Assembly (NCBI GenBank): GCA_001774495.1
Contig: MFAE01000002.1
Span: 42,372 to 106,371, forward strand
DNA from: Candidatus Campbellbacteria bacterium RIFOXYC2_FULL_35_25
Lineage (GTDB): Bacteria > Patescibacteriota > Minisyncoccia > Phycocordibacterales > UBA12079
Direction: 5' to 3'
DNA: 64,000 bases
Part shown: positions 40,768-50,473 of the stretch, piece by piece
How the letters are laid out: each line of letters begins with the position of its first letter
Numbering within the stretch: position 1 is the stretch's first letter
Position numbers and translations under genes: made by a program
Notes under the pieces: model-generated
What the model was told of the DNA's origin: nothing
Databases searched by the model: none
What the model saw: only the letters and a program-made list of their open reading frames with translations

Positions 40768-41049
40768 TCAAATTAAAGTGATATCCTCTACCATGCAAGA
40801 TTCTTTCGGTACTCCGGCCCAGAAGTTATCGATTTCCATCTTGGAAACCTGAAAGTAATTTCTGATGACAACTTTAAGGTCGCCATCATGAATTTTATTC
40901 AACCAATCTCCGATGGCCCTTCTCATCCTCTTGTATCGAAAATATTTTGTTCCCGGATCAGTGAGATAAATACTCGCTTCATGGGTTTTGCCAGAAACCT
41001 GATAGGAATAATGGATAAACCAATGGGAACCGAATTTTTCTAGTGCCAT
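40768..41049 (-). CDS. Orphan protein (SD-class cassette)
   Basis: AAGGAGG SD, TTGACC-N17-TTTAAT, terminator ~40702-40731. Confidence 0.65.
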   Translation of the reverse strand: MALEKFGSHWFIHYSYQVSGKTHEASIYLTDPGTKYFRYKRMRRAIGDWLNKIHDGDLKVVIRNYFQVSKMEIDNFWAGVPKESCMVEDITLI

Positions 41050-41225
41050 CTTTTGCTTCCTCCTTTTTTCTATGTGGTTATGTCCTAAAGGACAGTCTGT
41101 CTCCTATTTCTAAACCATTAAAGCAAAAAATAGTACTCGGGTCAACGATTTAAGAATCTCCTGTCTTTTTTTATTCAAAATTGGTATCATTTAATTATTA
41201 TATTACTAAATTAATTGAAACTATT

Positions 41226-42392
41226 ATGCAAATTAAAAAAGCTATTTATTTAATACTTGCCTTAACTTTTGCATTTTTTGCAACTGCAGGAAGCACTCAA
41301 GCAGCAGATTTTCGTGCGGCAGCTAAAAACGGGGGCAATGTAACTGTTAGCCAGGAAGAACAAATCACAAATCTTTATACGGCAGGGAATGTTATCTCAG
41401 TCGATGCAAATATAGAAAAAGGTTTGCATGCTGTGGGAAATATTTTAAACATTAATGGAAATGTTGGGCAGTCTATTTATTCAGGCGCTGGGACTTTATT
41501 GATAAAAGGAGACGTTGGAGGGAGCGTCCACGGAGGTGGGGGAAATATTGTTATTGAAGGAAAGATTACAGATGATTTGATTCTGGGTGGAGGGAATATT
41601 TCTATCTCGAGTAAAGCTTCTGTCGGCGGAGATTTAGTTGCCGGAGGGGGAGTGGTAGATATCCAAGGACCAGTTACTGGCAATATTTATTTGAGTGGCG
41701 GAGTTTTAACTATCAATAGTGAAATTGGTGGCAATGTGAAAATTGATAAAGTTGATGAGATCAGACTCGGAAGTAATGCCGTGATAAAAGGAAACCTCGA
41801 ATATTATTCAACCAAAGAAATTGTGATGGATGAAGGAGCCGTTGTTTTGGGAGAAACGATTATAAATGAAAAAGGAGCAGGGAAGCATGATCTAGACAAG
41901 GGAGCATTGGCAGGATTTATCTTTGCAATCATTTCTGTAGCACTTTTAATCAAGTTGATAGGAATGATTATTGTAGCTTTGTTTTTCGCCTACCTATTTA
42001 AAAAATTTACTACTGCAGTGGTTAAAGAAAGCATTACTAGTTTTTGGAAAAGTTTAGGGACAGGATTTGCTGTTTTGATATTAGTGCCAATCATTATGGT
42101 TATCTTGATGATTACTGTAGTTGGTATTTGGCTTGGGTTGATTGTTTTGACAATTTATTTGTCATCAATAATAATTGCGAGCGCTTTGGCGGGTGTAACT
42201 TTTGGAAGTTGGTTAATTTTGGCAATTACTAAAAAAGACAATTATTCTGTAAATTGGAAGACGATACTCTGGGGTTCCGTTGTTTTAACTATTATCGGTA
42301 TTCTTCCCGTGATTGGTTGGCTCATCGTACTTATCCTTATACTGATAAATTTGGGCTCAATTTACCAAGTTTTCTTTAGAATGCATAAATAA
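41226..42392 (+). CDS. Beta-helix (polymer-forming/bactofilin-like) membrane protein
   Basis: Signal peptide, repeated G.V.GD/N..GG.V.I units, TM C-terminus. Confidence 0.75.
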   Translation: MQIKKAIYLILALTFAFFATAGSTQAADFRAAAKNGGNVTVSQEEQITNLYTAGNVISVDANIEKGLHAVGNILNINGNVGQSIYSGAGTLLIKGDVGGSVHGGGGNIVIEGKITDDLILGGGNISISSKASVGGDLVAGGGVVDIQGPVTGNIYLSGGVLTINSEIGGNVKIDKVDEIRLGSNAVIKGNLEYYSTKEIVMDEGAVVLGETIINEKGAGKHDLDKGALAGFIFAIISVALLIKLIGMIIVALFFAYLFKKFTTAVVKESITSFWKSLGTGFAVLILVPIIMVILMITVVGIWLGLIVLTIYLSSIIIASALAGVTFGSWLILAITKKDNYSVNWKTILWGSVVLTIIGILPVIGWLIVLILILINLGSIYQVFFRMHK

Positions 42393-42568
42393 AGAGAAGC
42401 TCATAGCTTGTAGCTGATAGCTGATAGAAAAAGACGACGAATGGCTCCGCCATTCGTCGTCTTTCGTCTTTGCGAGGGCTTTGTCCCGAAGCAATCTAGA
42501 AAATAAAAAAAAGACCACCTCAACCCCTAGGGACATTTTGGTAGTCTTTTTCGGTGAAGCTGTTCTTG

Positions 42569-42844
42569 TTATTGCGAACGGTAGGCAATTTTAAGTTGTG
42601 ATGGATTGCGACAAAGTCTGACTTTTCCAGAGTCTTTGTCGGCAGCCACCCAGAGCTGGCCATGAATATCTTCACCCATAATTTTTCCGAAAGTGCATCT
42701 CATGTATCGCACAGAGGCACCATGATTAAATCCATACTTCTCACAGGAGTGAGGGTCTAGCTTTAATTTTATCCCTGTGACAGAAGTCGCTTCAAGACTG
42801 AATCTTTCTTTTAAAGCTGGAGTCGTTCCTTGTTCTTGTTGCAT
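42569..42844 (-). CDS. Orphan protein (SD-class cassette)
   Basis: AAGGAG SD, TTGACA-N17-TATAGT, terminator-like stem ~42505-42551. Confidence 0.65.
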   Translation of the reverse strand: MQQEQGTTPALKERFSLEATSVTGIKLKLDPHSCEKYGFNHGASVRYMRCTFGKIMGEDIHGQLWVAADKDSGKVRLCRNPSQLKIAYRSQ

Positions 42845-43076
42845 GCATTCTCCTTATGAATTGAAAGCAAAATTTGCGAAAAAATCATTGAAAGGACTAT
42901 AATTACTGGCAACACTATACTCAAAACATCTGTTTTTGTCAATCATGTAAACGTAATTAAACCCATAGGCCTTACAAACACTCGACTTCTTCTAATCATT
43001 TAACAATGTTATTTGTTAGGATTATTTTGGTATAAACTAAGAAGCGAGAGTTCTTCAAAGGAACGAAAAAAATTGC

Positions 43077-43140
43077 TTGCCTTTTTTTTATATATCTATA
43101 TAATAGTCTCTATTCTGATAAAGATAGTTTCTTTGAAAAC
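43077..43140 (+). promoter_or_regulatory. rRNA promoter and boxA-like antitermination site
   Basis: TTGCCT-N16-TATAAT (43077-43104); TTCTTTGAAAAC at 43129-43140. Confidence 0.6.
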
Positions 43141-43353
43141 TTAATAGTTTTTGAATTGCTTTAGGCAATTCAAAGCAACATGCATCTGATTTGTTTAAAA
43201 ACAAATCAAAAAAACGACAAGTCCAAAAGTTTTGAGTGGCGAATTTTATTTCGTAATTCAAAACCGAAAAAAACAAAAGAAGATATTATTTTTCTCTTGT
43301 TTCGTTTCATTTCAATTTTTCTAATACAGATTTATTCTGTTTACTAGGAAACT

Positions 43354-44931
43354 TTATTTTAGAGTTTGATCCTAGCTCAGGATGAACGCTGGCTGTGTGG
43401 ATAAGGCATGCAAGTCGAGTGGGTTTAGACCCACGGCGAACGAGGTAGTAACACGTAGGAATCTCCCCCAAAGTCAAGCATAACCCATCGAAAGGTGGGA
43501 TAATTCTTGATAGTCCCGCAAGGGTAAAGATTTATCGCTTTGGGAAGAGCCTGCGAAGTATCAGCTTGTTGGTAGGGTAATGGCCTACCAAGGCAATGAC
43601 GCTTAGGGGAGGTGAGAGCCTGGCCCCCACCGATGGCACTGAGACACGGGCCATACTCCTACGGGAGGCCGCAGTCGAGAATCTTCCGCAATGGACGAAA
43701 GTCTGACGGAGCGACACAGCGTGATCGATGAAGCTCTTCGGAGTGTAAAGGTCTTTTATGAGTGAAGAAGTTTATTGACATTAGCTCATGAATAAGGGGT
43801 TGCTAAACTCGTGCCAGCAGCAGCGGTAATACGAGTGCCCCGAGCGTTATCCGGAATTATTGGGCGTAAAGCGTGTGTAGGCGGTTTTGTTAGTCTTTTG
43901 TTAAAGCCCTGGGCTCAACCCAGGATCTGCAAAAGAAACGGCAAAACTAGAGAGTGTGAGGGGTGAATGGAACTCATAGTGTAGGGGTGAAATCCGTTGA
44001 TATTATGGGGAACACCAAAAGCGAAGGCAGTTCACTGGCACATTTCTGACGCTGAGACACGAAAGCGTGGGTAGCGAATGGGATTAGATACCCCAGTAGT
44101 CCACGCCGTAAACGATGTTCTCTAGCTTTTTGGAGTATCGACCCTCTGAGAGGCGCAGCTAACGCGTTAAGAGAACCGCCTGGGTAGTACGAGCGCAAGC
44201 TTAAAACTCAAAGGAATAGACGGGGACTTGCACAAGCGGTGGATCACGTGGTTTAATTCGATGATACGCGAAGAACCTTACCAAGACTAGACATCTAGCT
44301 TATGTTTTTCTAGAAATAGAAAATCCTAACGGCTAGACAGGTGATGCATGGCCGTCGTCAGTTCGTGGCTTGAGCTGTTCCCTTAAGTGGGGAAACGAAC
44401 GCAACCCTTATCGTCTGTTACAAGTGTCAGGCGAGACTGCCCAGCCTAGTGCACATGAATGTGCAGTTTGTAGTTGGTAGTTAGTAGTTGATAGTAAAAA
44501 ATTTGCAAAGCAAATTTTTTCTCTAAAAACTAAAAACTATAGACTAAAAACTGTATTCACTTCGTGAATACTAGGCTGGGAGGAAGGCGAGGATGACGCC
44601 AGGTCAGCATGTCCCTTGATGTCTTGGGCTACACACATGATACAATGGCTGTGACAATAGGTCGCGACGGGGTAACCCTGAGCTAATCCTTCAAACACAG
44701 CCCCAGTTCGGATTGAGGTCTGCAACTCGACCTCATGAAGTTGGAATCGCTAGTAATCGCTGGTCAGCACACAGCGGTGAATATGTTCTCAAGTCTTGTA
44801 CTCACCGCCCGTCAACTCAAGGAAGTCGGGAGTGCCCGATGGCCGTCTTTATGACGGACTAAGGTAAGTTCGATAACAGGGAGTAAGTCGTAACAAGGCA
44901 CGGGTAGCGGAAGCTGTTCGTGGATTATTTC
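43354..44931 (+). rRNA. rrs: 16S rRNA (ends approximate), helix-40 insertion, no anti-SD
   Basis: AGAGTTTGATCCTAGCTCAG, GTGCCAGCAGCAGCGGTAA, AAGTCGTAACAAGG; tail GGATTATTTTC; processing stem 43291-43313/45068-45090. Confidence 0.97.
44451..44569 (+). other. Insertion (IVS or expansion segment) in 16S helix 40
   Basis: Enclosed by CCAGCCTAGT/ACTAGGCTGG; heptamer-repeat arms and GCAAAGC hairpin; no group I motifs. Confidence 0.85.
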
Positions 44932-45465
44932 AAATTGAAACTGTTTATTTCCTACGGGAAATAGACTTAAATGGTTGGAACTGAATTTTCTAGCTTGCTA
45001 GAAAATTCAGGAGACAATGATATTGCATCTCAAATCTATATCCGTTATCCCAGATATGCGTTACTGGGAAATGAAGCGAAACAAAAGAAAGGTTGTACCT
45101 TCTTAGTTTTTAGTTGATAGTTTTTAGTTTTTAGAAAATTCTAAATTTTATCTTTGTCGTTTGATGCATGTAAATATAAGAAATTAAAAAACTCTATGAA
45201 GTTTATTAGCTTGCTAATAAACTTCATAGAGTTTTTTAAATAATCCTAAAATTAGCGTACTTTGGCGTCGCGATTCATAAAATATCAGTCGTCGTATAGA
45301 AAATACGCCTCCTTCTCTTTTATTCTCGCTCCACCAAATTACATCTAATTTTAAAATTATTTTTTAATTGCGAAAAACGTAACATTTTGTTATATTTTAG
45401 AGGTTAATTTTGAGGAAAAATCGTCTTTGCGAGGCGAAGCCGAAGCAATCCAGAATAAATAATAT

Positions 45466-45660
45466 GCGAGTGTAGCTCAGGTGGACTTTTTTCTGAAAGA
45501 AAAAAGCAACGGCTAAAGTGTTTAGGCTTTTTATCCGGTTTCTGCCAAAGGCAGAAAATCGCCGAAGTGAGTCCCTAAGGGCGAACAGGCGATAGGAGGA
45601 TAGAGCGGTTCGACAGTCTTCCAGATTGTCTCACCTGATAACGACGAGGGACCTCGTCAT
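45466..45660 (+). pseudogene. Expanded, interrupted copy of the tRNA-Ile 5' half
   Basis: GCGAGTGTAGCTCAGGTGG...TAGAGCG...TCACCTGATAACGACGAGG with hairpin insertions. Confidence 0.7.
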
Positions 45661-45695
45661 TGTAATTATTTGAAAGTTTAATATAGTAAACACAG

Positions 45696-45769
45696 GCGAG
45701 TGTAGCTCAGGTGGTTAGAGCGCGTCACTGATAATGACGAGGTCGTAGGTTCGAGTCCTACCATTCGCA
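45696..45769 (+). tRNA. tRNA-Ile(GAU)
   Basis: Cloverleaf: acceptor GCGAGTG/CATTCGC, anticodon arm CGTCA-CTGATAA-TGACG. Confidence 0.97.
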
Positions 45770-46200
45770 CAATTTTAAAACACCAAATCTTTGATTTGGT
45801 GTTTTAAAATTGTGCGAATGGAGTAAAGTGCCTGCGCACTTTACGTTAGGACGAGAAAGGCGGAGACATGTTTCTGTAGCGAAGTGAAAGAAACAGTCGA
45901 GCCGTGACGACAAGTTCTTAATAAAAATGAGTCCGTAGGATGAAATTTTTATTAAGAAACTTGAAGTCGAGTCCTACCATTCGCACAAAAATATAATAAA
46001 ACCAGAGCAATTCTCTGGTTTTATTATATTTTTGTAGCAGAATGGTATGACTCGAACGGCGGAGGCGGTATGCAAGATAAATTTTTTCGTAAAAAAATTT
46101 AGGCTTGTCGCCGAGCCGCGTTCAGCGATACTTATTATTTCTGAGTGCGAAGCACAAAGAAAATAATTAGTAATCGCGGGACGAGTCCTACCATATTGCA
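45770..46200 (+). repeat. Two tandem tRNA-3'-anchored structured elements (Ile)
   Basis: Antisense copies 45811-45851, 46033-46057; sense copies 45967-45988, 46182-46200. Confidence 0.85.
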
Positions 46201-46261
46201 TAGTTTATCGTTTTTTATTTTCTGATATAATTTAAAATATAATAATTAACCTTTTATAATT

Positions 46262-46543
46262 ATGAAAATATTATCAAACATACTTTTCTTTCTTAATATT
46301 TTGTTATTTTTTGTTGCAGGACTATTCGCCATGTTATCTGGTATGATAAGCGATGTTCCAGGTGATCATTCTTGGGATGTCCTTTTTTTATTAATGAGTT
46401 TTTTACTGCCCATTTTGATTTTAATATCTTTATTTTATTCTAGAAAATTTTATAAGGAACAATATTACAACAAATCAAATTTAATCTATGTAATTTTGTT
46501 TGTATACTATATTTTTCATTTTTTTGTATTAAGTTTGTTTTGA
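46262..46543 (+). CDS. Small membrane protein
   Basis: Three hydrophobic segments. Confidence 0.55.
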   Translation: MKILSNILFFLNILLFFVAGLFAMLSGMISDVPGDHSWDVLFLLMSFLLPILILISLFYSRKFYKEQYYNKSNLIYVILFVYYIFHFFVLSLF

Positions 46544-46632
46544 CCAGTAACTCCTCCCACAGGATCAGTCGTTTTAAATTTACATGAAATAAGAGGGTAG
46601 AGAGATATTTAAAAATGCTATAATACTTCCCA

Positions 46633-47925
46633 ATGAATTTAAAAATTCTCAAAAAAATTCACTTTATAGGAATAGGCGGAATCGGTGTTTCGGCTGTTGC
46701 TAGGATGATGTTGGGAGAAGGGAAGTTGGTTGTTGGTTCAAACTTGGGCGAATCAAAAATAACTCAAGAATTAAAAAAACTTGGAGCCATCATTTATATT
46801 GAACACAACGAAAATAATCTAGACGACGATACTGATTTGGTAATTTATTCACCCGCAATTACAAAAGGGAGCTCGGAACTTCAAAAAGCAAAAAAATTAA
46901 ATATCCCCGTAATCTCATATCCCCAATCCTTAGGATTAATTTCTAAAGATAAATTTACTATTGCTGTTTCTGGAACTCATGGAAAAACTACCACAACCGC
47001 AATGTTGGCAGAAATTTTTATTGATGCTCAGCTAGACCCAACAGTTATTGTAGGAAGTCTTCTCAAGAAGCAAAAGACCAATTTTCTTAATGGGAAAAGT
47101 GAATATTTTATAGTAGAAGCCTGTGAATACAAGAGGTCTTTTTTACAACTCCAACCAAACATTTTGGTGATTACAAACATAGACGAGGACCATTTAGACT
47201 ATTATAAAGACATGGCTGATATACAGAGTGCCTTTAAAGAATTAGCCTTAAAAATGAGTGAAAAAGACTTTATTGTCTGTGACCCCAACAACCCTACCAT
47301 TATACCAGTATTAAGCGGTATAAGGGCAAAAATCGTCGATTATAGGCAATATAAAAGCGATAACCTGAATCTAAAAATCCCAGGAAAGCATAATATCCAA
47401 AATGCTTTGGTTGGGCTAGCTATTGCAGATATTTTGAACTTAAACAAAGAGGAAACAGAAAAATCACTCAATAATTTTGAAGGCACTTGGCGACGTTTTG
47501 AATGTAAAGGAAAGACAAAAAATGGAACATTAATTTATGATGATTATGCCCACAATCCGACCGAGGTAAGAGCGACTCTTCAAGGAGCAAAAGAATTTTT
47601 TAAAGACAAAAAAATAACTATTATTTTCCAACCGCACTTGTATAGCCGAACAAAAATATTTTTAGAAGATTTTGCTGAAAGTTTCGATGATATCGATAGA
47701 GTAATTATTCTTCCGATTTATGCCGCCAGAGAAAAAAATGACCCGAGTATAAACTCGGAGATACTGGTTGAAAAAATAAAAAAATTTAATCAAAATGTAT
47801 CTTATTCAGAATTCGAAAATATTTCGGAGAAAATAGATTTAGAAAGTTTTGGTTCAGGAGATGTAATTTTTACAATCGGTGCTGGAGATGTATATAAAAT
47901 AGGAGAGACTCTCTTGGCTGTATAA
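46633..47925 (+). CDS. murC: UDP-N-acetylmuramate--L-alanine ligase
   Basis: IHFIGIGGIG.S, SGTHGKTTTT, EACEY, DHLD, DDYAHNP, FQPHLYSRT. Confidence 0.96.
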   Translation: MNLKILKKIHFIGIGGIGVSAVARMMLGEGKLVVGSNLGESKITQELKKLGAIIYIEHNENNLDDDTDLVIYSPAITKGSSELQKAKKLNIPVISYPQSLGLISKDKFTIAVSGTHGKTTTTAMLAEIFIDAQLDPTVIVGSLLKKQKTNFLNGKSEYFIVEACEYKRSFLQLQPNILVITNIDEDHLDYYKDMADIQSAFKELALKMSEKDFIVCDPNNPTIIPVLSGIRAKIVDYRQYKSDNLNLKIPGKHNIQNALVGLAIADILNLNKEETEKSLNNFEGTWRRFECKGKTKNGTLIYDDYAHNPTEVRATLQGAKEFFKDKKITIIFQPHLYSRTKIFLEDFAESFDDIDRVIILPIYAAREKNDPSINSEILVEKIKKFNQNVSYSEFENISEKIDLESFGSGDVIFTIGAGDVYKIGETLLAV

Positions 47926-47993
47926 AAATACCAAGGGCCCGCAACTTCACGGGCCCTTACCCATTTGAGAGATATAATTATCATTATTGGTTC

Positions 47994-48212
47994 CTATTGG
48001 TCCCTGAGAAGTTTGCCGAGTTTTTTTCCTTCGGCTAAGTGTGCACTTCTTTCTTGTTCTTGCCTTTGGGCAAGGTCATCGGTGCTCCCGAAAAGGGTTA
48101 TCGCCAAGTCGTCGATAGCTGATTGCCTATCTGAACTGGCCCTTTTCCAAAATATTGGGTTTTCTAAAAGAATCCCCAAAACCTCTCTTTGTTGTTCTTG
48201 TGTGGTAGTCAT
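47994..48212 (-). CDS. Orphan protein (SD-class cassette; alternative start 48254)
   Basis: AAAGGGGG SD before MTTT, terminator ~47933-47958. Confidence 0.55.
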   Translation of the reverse strand: MTTTQEQQREVLGILLENPIFWKRASSDRQSAIDDLAITLFGSTDDLAQRQEQERSAHLAEGKKLGKLLRDQ

Positions 48213-48398
48213 GTTTCCGCCCCCTTTTACCACCCTGAACTTTGATAATAACATCTCCCTCTTTCTATATTTAATTATACAACATATCTATAAAAGACAA
48301 TAGAGTTATCCCCAGTTTTGTCTTTTATAGAGACAGTGTCTTTGATGTCTTTTTTATCATCTTTCAATTAATTCACGGGGTTGATATAATTTAAAGCA

Positions 48399-48611
48399 AT
48401 GGATTTAGAAATAACATTAAAAATTTTGATCTTGGTTCTTGTTATAGGAACAATTTACGCTTGGTATCAGTTCTACCAAATTTTAGTAAAGAGATGTGAC
48501 ACCTGCTCTGTGGGGTTAATGAAGAGTCCCTTTAAATCAAAGTGTTTTGTGGGGGCACTTTTTTTCACAGCTGCACTTGCCTTAGCTATCTACGCTTTTT
48601 CTCTTATCTAA
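48399..48611 (+). CDS. Small two-TM protein with CxxC
   Basis: RCDTC between TMs; TATAAT 8 nt before ATG. Confidence 0.6.
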   Translation: MDLEITLKILILVLVIGTIYAWYQFYQILVKRCDTCSVGLMKSPFKSKCFVGALFFTAALALAIYAFSLI

Positions 48612-48699
48612 AGTAAACCAAGGTCTGACATATAAATCGTACTTGAAGTTTTCACTTTGAGGTTAAACTTTCAAGTGGAGTAGTGCGGAAATTACTTGC

Positions 48700-49578
48700 A
48701 TGGAAAAAGAGGAAATAAAAAATAAAATTAAAGAATTGGAATGGCAAATGGGTCAGGTAGATTTTTGGCAGAACAAAGACGAAGCACAAAAAATTATAAA
48801 AGAGTTGAACAATTTAAAAGATGAGTTGGAAGGAGCAGGGAAGTATGACAAAGGTAGTGCCATCATTACTATTTTATCTGGAGCAGGAGGAGATGACTCT
48901 GAAGATTTTTCAAGGATACTTTATAATATGTATTTAAAATTTTCTCAAAATAAAAATTGGGAAACTTTTTTGATGCATTCAAATGAAAATGATCACGGAG
49001 GATATCGAAATATAACTTTTGAAGTGATTGGAAAAGGGGCTTATGGAAAACTTAAAAATGAATCCGGAGTTCATCGTCTCGTAAGAATTTCTCCATTCAA
49101 CGCCCAGAAAAAAAGGCACACTTCTTTTTCAATGGTTGAAGTAATTCCAAAACTTGAAAAAGCGAGGGATATGCAAATTCCAGAAGATGATTTAAAAATT
49201 GAGTTTGCGAAATCAAGTGGGCCCGGAGGTCAAAATGTAAATAAAAGAGAAACAGCTGTGCGAGTTGTACACCTGCCAACAAATATTTCTGCGCAGGTTG
49301 AATCAGAAAGGTCCCAACAACAAAACAGAGAAAAGGCCATGGAAATGATTGAAGCCAAGCTTATCAAAAGACAAGAAGAAGAAATGAGGGCAAAAGAACA
49401 AGGAATGCAGATAAGTAAAATGACTGAGAATGAATGGGGAAGCCAGATTCGTTCCTATGTTATGCACCCTTATCAGATGGTAAAAGACCACCGTACCGGA
49501 GTAGAAGTGAGGGATATTAACAAGGTTTTGGAGGATGGGGATTTGGACGAGTTTATTGAAGCAGAAAAGGGGTTATAA
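48700..49578 (+). CDS. prfB: Peptide chain release factor 2 (shortened, no frameshift)
   Basis: GVHRLVRISPF (SPF), GPGGQNVN, WGSQIRSYV.HPY. Confidence 0.95.
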   Translation: MEKEEIKNKIKELEWQMGQVDFWQNKDEAQKIIKELNNLKDELEGAGKYDKGSAIITILSGAGGDDSEDFSRILYNMYLKFSQNKNWETFLMHSNENDHGGYRNITFEVIGKGAYGKLKNESGVHRLVRISPFNAQKKRHTSFSMVEVIPKLEKARDMQIPEDDLKIEFAKSSGPGGQNVNKRETAVRVVHLPTNISAQVESERSQQQNREKAMEMIEAKLIKRQEEEMRAKEQGMQISKMTENEWGSQIRSYVMHPYQMVKDHRTGVEVRDINKVLEDGDLDEFIEAEKGL

Positions 49579-49760
49579 AAAATTGAAAAAAAACGAGAGT
49601 AACGTATAATGTACTAGTGAGTAGATAGTAATAAGTAGTGAGTAGTAAGAAAAGAATTTTCGCTTCGCGAAAATTCTTTAATGAAAAAATTTGCTTCGCA
49701 AATTTTTTACTATAGACTATATACTATCAACTACAAACTAATTTTTTTATAAAAAATTCA

Positions 49761-50441
49761 ATGATTTATTTCGAAAAAGTATCAAAAACATATAAAAATG
49801 GAGATAAGGTTTTAGATTGCGTTACCTTCAAAATTGAACCAAGGGAATTCGTTTCAATTGTTGGTCATTCTGGTGCAGGGAAAACAACTCTTCTAAAAAT
49901 GCTTTTAGCCGAGGATCACCCAACCGAGGGGTTTGTTTTTTTTGGTTCCTCTGATGTTAGCAAACTCAAAAAAGATCAAAAGAATAAATTCAGAAGAAAG
50001 GTAGGAGTAATTTTCCAAGATTTCAGACTTCTTCCTCATAAAACAGCTTATGAGAATGTTTCTTTTGCAATGGAAGCAGCAGGGAGGACCGAAGAAGAAA
50101 TAGAATCAGATGTTCCTCACGTTTTGGAATTAGTTGATTTGGGAGATAAGATGTGGAATTTTCCTCATGAATTATCAGGAGGAGAAAAACAGAGGCTCGC
50201 TATTGCTCGCGCGATAGTCAACCAACCAGACCTTTTGATTGCTGATGAACCTACAGGGAACCTTGACCCAATAAATACTTTTGAAATAGTTCAAATCTTA
50301 AAAAAGATAAACGAGCTGGGAACAACTGTCATTTTAACAACCCACAATAAGGGAGTAATAGATTCTGTAGGGAAGAGGGTTATCACAATGGATAAAGGAA
50401 GAGTAACGAGAGATGATAAGTCGGGTAAATTTTCGTTGTAA
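49761..50441 (+). CDS. ftsE: Cell-division ATP-binding protein FtsE
   Basis: GHSGAGKTT, FQDFRLL, LSGGEKQR; precedes ftsX. Confidence 0.93.
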   Translation: MIYFEKVSKTYKNGDKVLDCVTFKIEPREFVSIVGHSGAGKTTLLKMLLAEDHPTEGFVFFGSSDVSKLKKDQKNKFRRKVGVIFQDFRLLPHKTAYENVSFAMEAAGRTEEEIESDVPHVLELVDLGDKMWNFPHELSGGEKQRLAIARAIVNQPDLLIADEPTGNLDPINTFEIVQILKKINELGTTVILTTHNKGVIDSVGKRVITMDKGRVTRDDKSGKFSL

Positions 50442-50473
50442 GTAAATAATTAAGAGTAAATAAAAATTTTACC

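Noticed and set aside
45485-45630. Intron-containing tRNA-Ile
   Set aside because: No group I/II motifs and no T-arm or acceptor 3' half; an intact tRNA-Ile follows
45925-45946. Hammerhead-like ATGAGTCCGTAGGATGAAA (also ~52505)
   Set aside because: The required CUGANGA core reads AAAAUGA, and there is no third stem with an NUH site; it is a bulged hairpin
45967-46200. Prophage or island attR sites at tRNAs
   Set aside because: Copies lie only ~200 bp apart, come with inverted copies, and enclose no integrase or cargo
48655-48660. CTTTGA as the prfB frameshift site
   Set aside because: The +1 frame is not in frame with RF2, there is no upstream SD, and it sits inside a palindrome
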